Shown here: one piece after another, positions 7,072 to 14,759 of the stretch
Layout: the number at the start of each line of letters is the position of its first letter
How positions within the stretch are numbered: position 1 is the first letter of the stretch
Virus record (IMG/VR): IMGVR_UViG_3300043414_000517
Location: 1-26,525 of that record
Direction: 5' to 3' (one strand)
Length of the DNA stretch: 26,525 bases
DNA from: a virus
Taxonomy: Duplodnaviria > Caudoviricetes
The notes under the pieces: model-generated
Seen by the model: only the letters and a program-made list of their open reading frames with translations
What the model was told of the DNA's origin: nothing
Database searches by the model: none
Made by a program: the position numbers and the translations under genes

Positions 7072-7305
7072 ATGACAAAGGCAGTTAAAGAACAAACAAT
7101 AGAATGTACTTTGATAATTAAAGAATTATTCAGTAGTACAGAAGATGCTTTAACTGAAAATAAACAAGGTACAATTATTTCGGTAGATATAATTAATACA
7201 AAGTTTATCAGAAATAATATTAAACTATTTGATGACACAACAACAAGTAGTTCAAACGATCAGGAACAGAAGCCAAAAGATTCTGAACTTGGAACTAGAA
7301 TATAA
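7072..7305 (+). CDS. Hypothetical protein
   Basis: 77 aa ORF. Confidence 0.65.
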   Translation: MTKAVKEQTIECTLIIKELFSSTEDALTENKQGTIISVDIINTKFIRNNIKLFDDTTTSSSNDQEQKPKDSELGTRI

Positions 7306-7390
7306 AATGAAGCTTGAAAAAGCCAAAAGACTTAAAGACATTTTAAATTCTAAGTATGTGTTTGAATTTGAAAAGCTACTTAGTAAGTAA
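7232..7390 (+). CDS. Hypothetical coiled-coil protein (52 aa)
   Basis: MTQQQVVQTIRNRSQKILNLELEYKMKLEKAKRLKDILNSKYVFEFEKLLSK; fills the gap to the next gene. Confidence 0.6.
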   Translation: MTQQQVVQTIRNRSQKILNLELEYKMKLEKAKRLKDILNSKYVFEFEKLLSK

Positions 7391-7423
7391 TAAGTAGTAC
7401 AACTATAAACTGTAAAGGAAGGT

Positions 7424-7762
7424 ATGCACGATCTTGCTCTAAAAAACCCCGATCAAATAAAACAAGAATTAGATTCTATCTCAGAACAAATGTCAGAAGC
7501 ATTATATACTTTTAGACGTTGCGAAGAATTTAAGAAAATTACATTTAGCCAAATAACTTTAACTAAGAAATTAGAAAAAAACTGCTCTGTTTCGGAAGCT
7601 GAAAAGTGGGCTTATTCAGATCAGAACTATGCAACAATAATTGAAGGTTTGTTAGTTGCAGAAAAGAACTATTCTATTCTTAAAGGTAAATATGCAAATC
7701 TGCAGAGTTGGGTAGACCTCTATCGCAGTTGGCTAGTTACACAAAGAGACTTGGCTAGATAA
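7424..7762 (+). CDS. Helical protein, possibly UvsY-like recombination mediator
   Basis: All-helical, SVSEAEKWAYSDQNY pattern, AAGGAAGG RBS; family call tentative. Confidence 0.5.
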   Translation: MHDLALKNPDQIKQELDSISEQMSEALYTFRRCEEFKKITFSQITLTKKLEKNCSVSEAEKWAYSDQNYATIIEGLLVAEKNYSILKGKYANLQSWVDLYRSWLVTQRDLAR

Positions 7763-8302
7763 ATGAATGATAAAAAATACATTGAAAACTTTAATCATCA
7801 ATCTTATGAAGTACGCAGCAATAATTATTTATCTATTACTGAATCTCGCTTTACTGATTATTGTACTGTGCGTGGGTATCTTTATAAAAAGCTTGGTCTT
7901 AATGCTGTCAATGATAGCCAAAACTTTTCTGAAAGTGTCATACCACTTTACAGGCACTTGCCACTCATATTCAAGGGGTTACCAGACTACTTCATTTACA
8001 AATCAAAAGAAGAACATGAAAAAAGTGGTAATCAGGAAAAATGCCAATGGTTCGTTGAATTAAAAAATGCAACTTGGGAACAGGGTAAGACTTTAGCTAA
8101 GATTAAAGTTAGAGATTTAAAAAGATATACTTACTTTGAGCAGTCTTTTACAAATCATCATACTAGATTTACTATTTGCTTTCCGTTGGCCGATAAAATT
8201 ATATTTAAAAGTGTAGATCAAATATTAAGGTTATTGCCAAAATCGCAATTAAAAAAGTTTCCAAATGATGGAATAGAATATTTTGAAATTGTAATAGGTT
8301 AA
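7763..8302 (+). CDS. PD-(D/E)XK endonuclease (restriction-like or resolvase-like)
   Basis: E...GLPDYFIY...WFVELK catalytic signature. Confidence 0.7.
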   Translation: MNDKKYIENFNHQSYEVRSNNYLSITESRFTDYCTVRGYLYKKLGLNAVNDSQNFSESVIPLYRHLPLIFKGLPDYFIYKSKEEHEKSGNQEKCQWFVELKNATWEQGKTLAKIKVRDLKRYTYFEQSFTNHHTRFTICFPLADKIIFKSVDQILRLLPKSQLKKFPNDGIEYFEIVIG

Positions 8303-8532
8303 TGTATATTGTTTGAAATGTTGTCATCATAATCCCACCAGTTACATTTTTCCACTTCGTAATCAACATGAGTAATTCTTAACTTTTTAACGTGCTTTAA
8401 TGAAGCTAAAAAAGAAGAACAGTTTGCAAAAGAATCAGTATCAAAGAACTTGCAATAAGCTATATCTTCTTTAAGATTATCTTTGTTCACCCTTACAAAA
8501 CTTATTGAGTATGTAACGTGATAGAAATTCAT
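8299..8532 (-). CDS. Hypothetical protein, last gene of the late operon
   Basis: 77 aa, converges on the early operon with a 4-bp overlap. Confidence 0.65.
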   Translation of the reverse strand: MNFYHVTYSISFVRVNKDNLKEDIAYCKFFDTDSFANCSSFLASLKHVKKLRITHVDYEVEKCNWWDYDDNISNNIH

Positions 8533-8545
8533 TTAATTTCTTTAA

Positions 8546-8977
8546 TTATCCGTTTTGATCTTCTTTATTTTGTACTGGTCTTGTTGCTAAAGTTCTAGCA
8601 ATAGATTCGCCAGATCGTCCAACTACATAACCACCAAGTCCAATGTTTAAACAAGTCCAAACATCAGATGGTAATTCAATGCCAACTTTTTTAGAAAACA
8701 AAGCTAAGATAATTGGTGAGATAATATAATTAAGAACTAATATACCAATTAAAATATACATAAGTAATGGTCTCCAAGAACTTGCAAACCACCCAGCTTT
8801 TGCTTCGGCTTCTACTATTCTTGCAGATGCTTTTAATTCTTCAGTTCCTGATTGAAGTAATTGCATATTCAAATCAGCTTTTAATTTCTCCTGCAAATCT
8901 TTATCAGGAATAGATTTCTCTATTGATTTAAAAACTGTATTTAAAAGTGGTGCAAAAGCACCAAGCATTGGAAGCAT
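8546..8977 (-). CDS. 3TM holin (GTA-type holin family)
   Basis: IPDKD...KLKA, SWRP motif followed by two TM segments, GYVVGRSGE. Confidence 0.8.
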   Translation of the reverse strand: MLPMLGAFAPLLNTVFKSIEKSIPDKDLQEKLKADLNMQLLQSGTEELKASARIVEAEAKAGWFASSWRPLLMYILIGILVLNYIISPIILALFSKKVGIELPSDVWTCLNIGLGGYVVGRSGESIARTLATRPVQNKEDQNG

Positions 8978-8978
8978 A

Positions 8979-9275
8979 TTAATCTACTGCTACGATTGAA
9001 AGATCACCAGCAGAACTAGAAGATCTTATGAAAGCTACTTTATGACCAGATATAAATGAAAATATTTCTACATGGTCAGGTGGCATTAATACATCTGAAG
9101 TAGTTGCTGTTGGGTTAGCACCAAATTTAATATGTGCTTCAGTTCCTTTTGTTGCGACTCTAATTAAACCAGAACCAGTAATTATTACTGCTGATTGTGC
9201 TGTTGATGTTCCGACAGAATAAACCAACGGAGTAAAATCAGGGTCTAAATTTGTTATGTGTGTTATTTGTGCCAT
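8979..9275 (-). CDS. Small beta-rich protein, paralogue B
   Basis: GLIRVA..AHIKFGANPTATTSDVLMP...F...SGHKVAFI. Confidence 0.75.
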   Translation of the reverse strand: MAQITHITNLDPDFTPLVYSVGTSTAQSAVIITGSGLIRVATKGTEAHIKFGANPTATTSDVLMPPDHVEIFSFISGHKVAFIRSSSSAGDLSIVAVD

Positions 9276-9571
9276 TAGATAGTTACAGATTCCATAGCTG
9301 TTACAGTCGCAGTTCCAGTAGTCCCAACTAATCCTAAAAGAGCAACTTTGTCTCCACTTGCCATTTTAAAAAAAGAAGTTGAACCTGCAGGAAGTAATAC
9401 GTCAGCAGATGTAGCAGTTGGTGTTCCAGCTATTTTCATATAGCAAGAATGAGTTACTGCGATTCTTACTAAACCATTAGATGTTGAAACTGCGTTTGTT
9501 GTAGCTACTGATGAGTTTGTTAAGCTAATTAATTGTGATGAATAATTTGAATTGTCTATTTCTTGTATCAT
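9275..9571 (-). CDS. Small beta-rich protein, paralogue A
   Basis: GLVRIA..CYMKIAGTPTATSADVLLP...F...SGDKVALL. Confidence 0.75.
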   Translation of the reverse strand: MIQEIDNSNYSSQLISLTNSSVATTNAVSTSNGLVRIAVTHSCYMKIAGTPTATSADVLLPAGSTSFFKMASGDKVALLGLVGTTGTATVTAMESVTI

Positions 9572-9707
9572 GTTCTTTAAATGTTCCTTATTGTAGTGTT
9601 TAAACCCTTAAATTACCTCTAAATTTTGATGAGATAGAAGTTTTTAAGCTAGTTCTCATTATAAAGCCACAATGCCTTAAAATGCTTTAAAATTGATTTA
9701 ATTGATA

Positions 9708-9917
9708 TTACTTACTTTTAGATGAATCTATTAGTAGTTCTATATAGTGTTTAGCTTTTTCTAAGTCTAAAACTCCACCCTTCTCTTTAAATCTTAAAAT
9801 ATACTTTATGACATTTCCTTCTACAAATCCAATATTATTTTTAACTATAAACTCAATAGGTTGAATCTTGTATTTAAGGTAGTGATTGCCACCAACTTGT
9901 TTTTTAGATGACTTCAT
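9708..9917 (-). CDS. DUF3310 / T7 gp1.7-like protein
   Basis: QVGGNHY..IQPIEFI..N..GF.EGNVIKY..R...KGG..DLEKAKHY. Confidence 0.85.
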   Translation of the reverse strand: MKSSKKQVGGNHYLKYKIQPIEFIVKNNIGFVEGNVIKYILRFKEKGGVLDLEKAKHYIELLIDSSKSK

Positions 9918-10353
9918 AGATAGTTCTTCCGTTTCCTTTGTATGCTTTTAAATACATCTTACGATTTCCTGAAGTTTTATAAGAACAATGAACCCAACCA
10001 GAATTAGGTTGTTCAGGTTTCCAAAATTCTAAAATACATTGGTCAAAATCTAAATGATTAACTATCCAATCAGAAACTTCTTTATTAGGTATTCCAAGTA
10101 TTTCAAAATCTACTGCCATTCCAAATGCGTGTTGGCTTGTAGCAGAAGAACCTATTGCTTGGCATAAAGCAGGAGAACGATAACCAGAAGTTATTACAAT
10201 TTGACTATCAAAGTTATTGCTTACAGGTTCAAGAATAAACTGTACTACGTTTTGTAAGTTAATAAGAATTTCATCTGTTGGAGTGTTGTCTATTCCAAGT
10301 CTAATTGCTGTGTCTGAATAAGTAAGTTCTTTTATAGAAAAACTTTGAGTCAT
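9904..10353 (-). CDS. Peptidase M15A-family endolysin
   Basis: SGYRSPAL..AIG....SQH..G.AVD and WVHCS zinc motifs. Confidence 0.9.
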   Translation of the reverse strand: MTQSFSIKELTYSDTAIRLGIDNTPTDEILINLQNVVQFILEPVSNNFDSQIVITSGYRSPALCQAIGSSATSQHAFGMAVDFEILGIPNKEVSDWIVNHLDFDQCILEFWKPEQPNSGWVHCSYKTSGNRKMYLKAYKGNGRTIYEVI

Positions 10354-11060
10354 TAAATGTAGATATTGTTATCCCAGTCTCCGTTACGTTTTAAATACAT
10401 TGGTGTTAAAGAAGGCATACCATTAGTTATTAATCCACAAGATAGAATCGGTTTCTTTAAATTAAGTCTCATATAATTCATAGCAAGTGCATCTTTGTTA
10501 ATTAAGCAACCAACAGTCATTCCAAAGTTTAAATGAAAATCATTTCCATGAAATCTTACTTCGCTGATAGTATGATAATGACCCTGAACTACTGACAGAG
10601 CATATTGAGCAACTGCTTTAGAAACATCAGGTGAGAATTGATGTCCAAATAATATTCTTCCTTTGCCTGTGTCTATAAAATGTTTTTCTTTCCAGTTCCA
10701 ACCATTACCAACTTCTAATATTTGATTGTAAGACTTAATAAAAGACTTTGTCATTCCTTTTGCCATAGCACGTCTTAAAACCATAGAACCATGATTTGAT
10801 TCTAATAAAGTCATTTGTGGAAATAGTTTATGTAGTCTATGTATTTCTTTTTTACCAAGTTCTAATTCATCTTTTGGAGATGGAAGATCAGGGTCAATAG
10901 TGTGAGATACATTGATAGAATGAAAATCCATTTCATCACCAATATTAACTACTGTATCTGGTTTATATTTAGCTTTAAGTTTTGTAAGAAATCCATGCCA
11001 GTCTTTATGAGCAAATGGAAAGTGTAAATCAGATATGACTAATATTCGCTTATTTTTCAT
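10353..11060 (-). CDS. Calcineurin-like metallophosphoesterase
   Basis: ISDLH, IGDEMD, SNH, GH, GHYH motifs. Confidence 0.9.
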   Translation of the reverse strand: MKNKRILVISDLHFPFAHKDWHGFLTKLKAKYKPDTVVNIGDEMDFHSINVSHTIDPDLPSPKDELELGKKEIHRLHKLFPQMTLLESNHGSMVLRRAMAKGMTKSFIKSYNQILEVGNGWNWKEKHFIDTGKGRILFGHQFSPDVSKAVAQYALSVVQGHYHTISEVRFHGNDFHLNFGMTVGCLINKDALAMNYMRLNLKKPILSCGLITNGMPSLTPMYLKRNGDWDNNIYI

Positions 11061-11087
11061 ATACCTTTCCTGTTAGTTGTATTTGTA

Positions 11088-11276
11088 TTACTTAGCAAGG
11101 AATAAAGTTAATAGTGCCATGCTTAAAGTACCTAGTGCAATAAAGATTGACCAGAATAGCTTTTCTAAACGTCTCTCCAATTTATATACTGAACAAGACA
11201 ATATTTTGATTGAATTTTTAATGCCTGTAATATGTCCCTTTAGACTAATTAATTCTTCGTTTGTAGTTCGTGCCAT
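11088..11276 (-). CDS. Small coiled-coil protein with C-terminal TM (XhlA-like architecture)
   Basis: LERRLEKLFWSIFIALGTLSMALLTLFLAK. Confidence 0.65.
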   Translation of the reverse strand: MARTTNEELISLKGHITGIKNSIKILSCSVYKLERRLEKLFWSIFIALGTLSMALLTLFLAK

Positions 11277-11303
11277 ATATACCCAAATAATGGTATTTGT
11301 TTG

Positions 11304-11540
11304 TTATCTAGCTAAAGGATTTGAACTAGATGCTCTAAGTTCTTTTATTTGAACTTTAAGCAATTCAATTTCTTTTTGTGCGATAGCTAAGTCTTGTTTA
11401 ATCTGTCCAGCTTTAGAAGGGTCAATAGAATCAATTTTTGACATGATTTCTCCGTACTTAATAAAGCCACCACCAATAACACCTATGATAGTTACTGTTG
11501 CTATAATTTCTTTTAAGTTATCTCTAATCTTTGTAAGCAT
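11304..11540 (-). CDS. Membrane-anchored coiled-coil protein
   Basis: IIATVTIIGVIGGGFIKYG TM segment, heptad tail ending NPLAR. Confidence 0.7.
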   Translation of the reverse strand: MLTKIRDNLKEIIATVTIIGVIGGGFIKYGEIMSKIDSIDPSKAGQIKQDLAIAQKEIELLKVQIKELRASSSNPLAR

Positions 11541-12992
11541 TTAACCTCGTTTACCTTTTAACAATTCTAGTTGAATAATGATCTCGTTTTGTTCTTCTTG
11601 TATATCATTTAATATTTTTTGTCTAGCTACCAGAGGGTCTTTGGATATGTAAGAGTTTAAATTAACATTTTGGTAAACTGGTTCTTGTGCCAAAGTATAT
11701 TGCATAAAGAAATCAGGATTAGGAACTCCCACCATTTGTCTTTGCTGATAAAATGGTTTAGATTCATATACACTTAAACTAGGTTGATTAATTTTTAATG
11801 CGTCAATTTTTATCTCTTGTACTGATTTTACTTTTAAGTCTCCTATTTTTATTTCCGTTCCTACTTTACTGTCTGTTAGTTTTGTTTTTACTTCCTGTGG
11901 TGTACTTGTTGCAGTTTGTTTTTCTTCGGTTACTGAAGTCTTAGTTTCCTTAGGAGTTTCTTTAGTTTCTTCCTTAGCAACTTCTTTAGGTGTTTCTTTA
12001 GCAGTTTCTTTTGTTTCTTCTTTTGGAGATTCTTTAACTACTTCCTTAGGTGCTTCTTTTACTATTTCTTTTGGTGGTTCAATTTGTTGTTCTGCAATTT
12101 TTTTATCTTCAGGTGGTGCTTGGATAATAAATGGTGTTGTGTCTCCCACAAACTCTTTAATCATTACTGGTTCTTGAACTGGTGCTATTGATGCAGGAAC
12201 AATAGATATGTTAGTGTTTTGTAATGTAGTTAATGCAGTTTGAGTTGAAGTATCTAATGGACAAGTTGATGGAGTATTTTGCCAACAATAAATTATCTCA
12301 GTTGTAGTTATTAATTCAGAAGTAGTTTGAGTATTAATTTTATTATAAGAAACACTAATGCTTGGAGATGCTACATCATAGCCACTATAATTTGATGATG
12401 CAGAATTAAAATCAAATCTTAACTTTCCTGAGTAAGTATTATTGTTTGAGTTAATAATTATGTTATCTAATGGAATGTAAGTATACCCAGCTATGTTACC
12501 AGCACCATTTCCACTTGCTGTATTGCTAGACAAAAATCTATTTTGCGTAATTACTTCTCCAGTAGTTAAGTTCATTACTGATTGAGATATTGTTAAACTC
12601 TTTTGATTATTAAACCAACTATCAACATAAGCAGAAGCAGATTGAGTAAATCCTAAATTCTGTTCAGCTTTGGTTATCCCAATAGAAGTATAAGGAGATG
12701 TAGTCTCAGCATAAGAACTAGAACCTTTGCCTGTAATATAATTACAACCCATATCACTAGAACCACCAGTTATATTTGTTCCAGTCCAATTAGATGAGCA
12801 GAAGTTTTTATTAACTAGTAAGTTACCTGTGTTGTAAGGAAGTATTGTAGTTGTAGTTGTATCAACTTTAGTAATTGTTATTTTAGTTGCATCTCCAACT
12901 TGTGGAGTGTTTGGAGTTATCTTAACGTCTATGATTTGAGAGTATGCTGTACTAAAGAATAATAAGCTACTTAGTATTAGCTTTAGTTTCAT
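11541..12992 (-). CDS. Exported protein with beta-rich domain, KE-repeat stalk and C-terminal coiled coil
   Basis: Signal peptide MKLKLILSSLLFFSTAYS; two Cys pairs; repeat tract. Confidence 0.75.
   Translation of the reverse strand: MKLKLILSSLLFFSTAYSQIIDVKITPNTPQVGDATKITITKVDTTTTTILPYNTGNLLVNKNFCSSNWTGTNITGGSSDMGCNYITGKGSSSYAETTSPYTSIGITKAEQNLGFTQSASAYVDSWFNNQKSLTISQSVMNLTTGEVITQNRFLSSNTASGNGAGNIAGYTYIPLDNIIINSNNNTYSGKLRFDFNSASSNYSGYDVASPSISVSYNKINTQTTSELITTTEIIYCWQNTPSTCPLDTSTQTALTTLQNTNISIVPASIAPVQEPVMIKEFVGDTTPFIIQAPPEDKKIAEQQIEPPKEIVKEAPKEVVKESPKEETKETAKETPKEVAKEETKETPKETKTSVTEEKQTATSTPQEVKTKLTDSKVGTEIKIGDLKVKSVQEIKIDALKINQPSLSVYESKPFYQQRQMVGVPNPDFFMQYTLAQEPVYQNVNLNSYISKDPLVARQKILNDIQEEQNEIIIQLELLKGKRG
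11940..12077 (-). repeat. Degenerate 12-bp (4-aa xKEx) tandem repeat
   Basis: PKEIVKEAPKEVVKESPKEETKETAKETPKEVAKEETKETPKETK; edges approximate. Confidence 0.8.
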
Positions 12993-13578
12993 CTTCTTTT
13001 CGTTTATCTTCTATGATCTTTAATTTCTCAACATATAAATTATAATCTGGTCTAAGCTTATCGTATTTTAACCATTGAGCAGTTGCGTCAGCACCAATCT
13101 TTCCTTCAAATGGACATGGTGTTCCTGAGTTCTCCATAGCATGAAATACTCTTGGGTCTTGGCATAAAATAGAAACAGAAGCTACTTTCATTCCTAGATC
13201 ATTTAATACTTTAGATAGTTTAATTCTTTCGCAGTTTTCATCTCTTGTGTAGTTACCACCTGAGAATCCAAAACCTACTGTTGATACTCCACCTGAATAA
13301 CCAACTACACATAAATCTTGTGAATAAGCAGACATAGAAGGTGCAGAAGCCATAGAAGCAACTCTTGTATCTCCAGTATAAGAAGTTGTATTAGAAGTTG
13401 TAGTTGAGTTTACAGAAGAACCAGATTCGTAAGTTGAAGCTGATGATGAAGTATAACCACCAGAAATGCTTGTATTAGAACCAGCAGTATTATTTTGAGT
13501 AGTAGTTTGTGCAAACGTAGCAACGAAACTTAATGCGATTGTAAAAGCAATAAAGAGATATAGGATTTTTTTAAGCAT
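12967..13578 (-). CDS. Exported Cys-containing phage protein of unknown function
   Basis: Signal peptide, S/T-rich linker, DLCVVG...DENCERIKLS..L...GMKVA.VS.LCQDPRVF.AM..SGTPCPF.GKIG. Confidence 0.8.
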   Translation of the reverse strand: MLKKILYLFIAFTIALSFVATFAQTTTQNNTAGSNTSISGGYTSSSASTYESGSSVNSTTTSNTTSYTGDTRVASMASAPSMSAYSQDLCVVGYSGGVSTVGFGFSGGNYTRDENCERIKLSKVLNDLGMKVASVSILCQDPRVFHAMENSGTPCPFEGKIGADATAQWLKYDKLRPDYNLYVEKLKIIEDKRKEDETKANTK

Positions 13579-13635
13579 AAAATATAATTATGCCTTCCAA
13601 CTAGAAGTTGTTTTACCAAAGTTAGCTTTAAAAGT

Positions 13636-13746
13636 CTATTTAATGTTTAAATGAATCTTAATTGATTCTATGAAGTCGTTAATTGCAAGTTCGTACTTCC
13701 AACCTAAGTAAACACCTATAATAATTCCAATTATTAAATATATCAT
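13636..13746 (-). CDS. Micro membrane protein (36 aa)
   Basis: MIYLIIGIIIGVYLGWKYELAINDFIESIKIHLNIK. Confidence 0.65.
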   Translation of the reverse strand: MIYLIIGIIIGVYLGWKYELAINDFIESIKIHLNIK

Positions 13747-13752
13747 GTAATT

Positions 13753-13781
13753 GTTATATTTTAAATTTGCAAAATCTGCAA
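13753..13781 (-). promoter_or_regulatory. Sigma70-like promoter just outside the left inverted repeat
   Basis: TTGCAG-17 bp-TATAAC on the minus strand, ATG 6 nt downstream; TTGCA-N5-TGCAA dyad at 13767-13781. Confidence 0.55.
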
Positions 13782-13793
13782 GATGTGTTTTTC

Positions 13794-13820
13794 CTTCAAA
13801 CAAATGGAAGTGGGGTTTTG
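13794..13820 (+). repeat. Left 27-bp inverted repeat of the tail-fibre cassette
   Basis: CTTCAAACAAATGGAAGTGGGGTTTTG, exact reverse complement of 15269-15295. Confidence 0.95.
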
Positions 13821-14267
13821 AGCTTTGCAGGTGTTTCTCCGAGTGCTGGACAAATTATTCAAGTAGTTAATGCAACAGATTCAACTGGAAGATCAACTAC
13901 ATCAGGTTCTTACGTTACTGGTTCAAATACATTATCAGTAACTATAACTCCTTCATCTGCTTCTAATAAAATATTTGTTACAGCAAGTGTTGGAGTGCAA
14001 GTAACTGGCACTAATAATACTGCAAATTTTACTGTATATAGAAATGGAAGTACAAATTTAGGTGGTGGCTCAAATAATGGTTTAATAGCTACTTATTCAG
14101 ATGCTGGTAATACTTGTGAAGGAATAGATATTTCTCTTTTAGATTCACCTTCAACAACTTCTGCAACTACTTATCAAGTTTATATGAAAACTGATACTGG
14201 CGGAACAATATATGTAAATGCACAAGGAATGAAAAATTCAATAACAGCATTTGAAGTAAAAGGTTAA
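13794..14267 (+). CDS. Silent alternative tail-fibre C-terminal (receptor-binding) module
   Basis: Begins LQTNGSGVLSF, identical to fibre residues 231-241; only a TTG pseudo-start at 13767 with no RBS; opposite strand to the late operon. Confidence 0.85.
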   Translation, partial: LQTNGSGVLSFAGVSPSAGQIIQVVNATDSTGRSTTSGSYVTGSNTLSVTITPSSASNKIFVTASVGVQVTGTNNTANFTVYRNGSTNLGGGSNNGLIATYSDAGNTCEGIDISLLDSPSTTSATTYQVYMKTDTGGTIYVNAQGMKNSITAFEVKG

Positions 14268-14269
14268 TT

Positions 14270-14557
14270 ATGAAAATAGGAATTTGTCAAACTATACTAG
14301 CTTTAAATCCTACTGCTGAAGTTTCTTGTTCAGATGATGATGTTAATCAAATTATTTGGGAAAACGGAACTACACCAATATCTAAAAATACTATTCTTGC
14401 TAAACAATCTGAACTACAAGCACTAGAAGATGTTTACGATAATAGACGTAATGAATATGGTTCTGTTGTATCTCAATTAGATGAGATTTATCATAGTGGT
14501 TTAGATTCGTGGAAAGCAAGATTAGCTAATATTAAAGCCAAATATCCTAAAGAATAG
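14270..14557 (+). CDS. Putative fibre assembly chaperone for the alternative module
   Basis: ILALNP.AE...IIWE.GTTP...Y..RR.EY....QLD.IYH.G...WK....IKAKYPK; directly follows the alternative tip. Confidence 0.7.
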   Translation: MKIGICQTILALNPTAEVSCSDDDVNQIIWENGTTPISKNTILAKQSELQALEDVYDNRRNEYGSVVSQLDEIYHSGLDSWKARLANIKAKYPKE

Positions 14558-14759
14558 ACTTAACTTCTTCTTCAGTTAAACCAAGTGCTTTTAACTTAGT
14601 AATAGCTGAGTCTTTTCTAATTTGTTCTAACGCAAGTTTTTCTTGTTTTAATTGTTCTGCATCAATAACATTTTGATTTTCAATCTGCATTTGATTTAAT
14701 TCTTCTTGTGTTAAATCAACTAACTGATTTCCTTGTGGAGTTATAATTAATTTTTTCAT
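14547..14759 (-). CDS. Putative fibre assembly chaperone for the currently fused module
   Basis: VDLTQEEL...SAITKLKALGLTEEEV; ATGA overlap with the fibre stop. Confidence 0.7.
   Translation of the reverse strand: MKKLIITPQGNQLVDLTQEELNQMQIENQNVIDAEQLKQEKLALEQIRKDSAITKLKALGLTEEEVKSIL

Noticed and set aside
4787-8063. ORFs 4787-4987, 5117-5299, 6129-6332, 6366-6563, 6488-6835, 7050-7238 and 7767-8063
   Set aside because: Antisense or off-frame overlaps of better-supported genes, with no motifs.
9572-9707. Possible 19-aa minus-strand micro-ORF (MRTSLKTSISSKFRGNLRV) in the gap
   Set aside because: Too short and without a clear RBS; cannot be supported from sequence alone.
13767-13793. TTG start of the 166-aa plus-strand ORF as an independent gene start
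   Set aside because: No RBS, it overlaps a minus-strand promoter, and similarity to the fibre begins exactly at the repeat.
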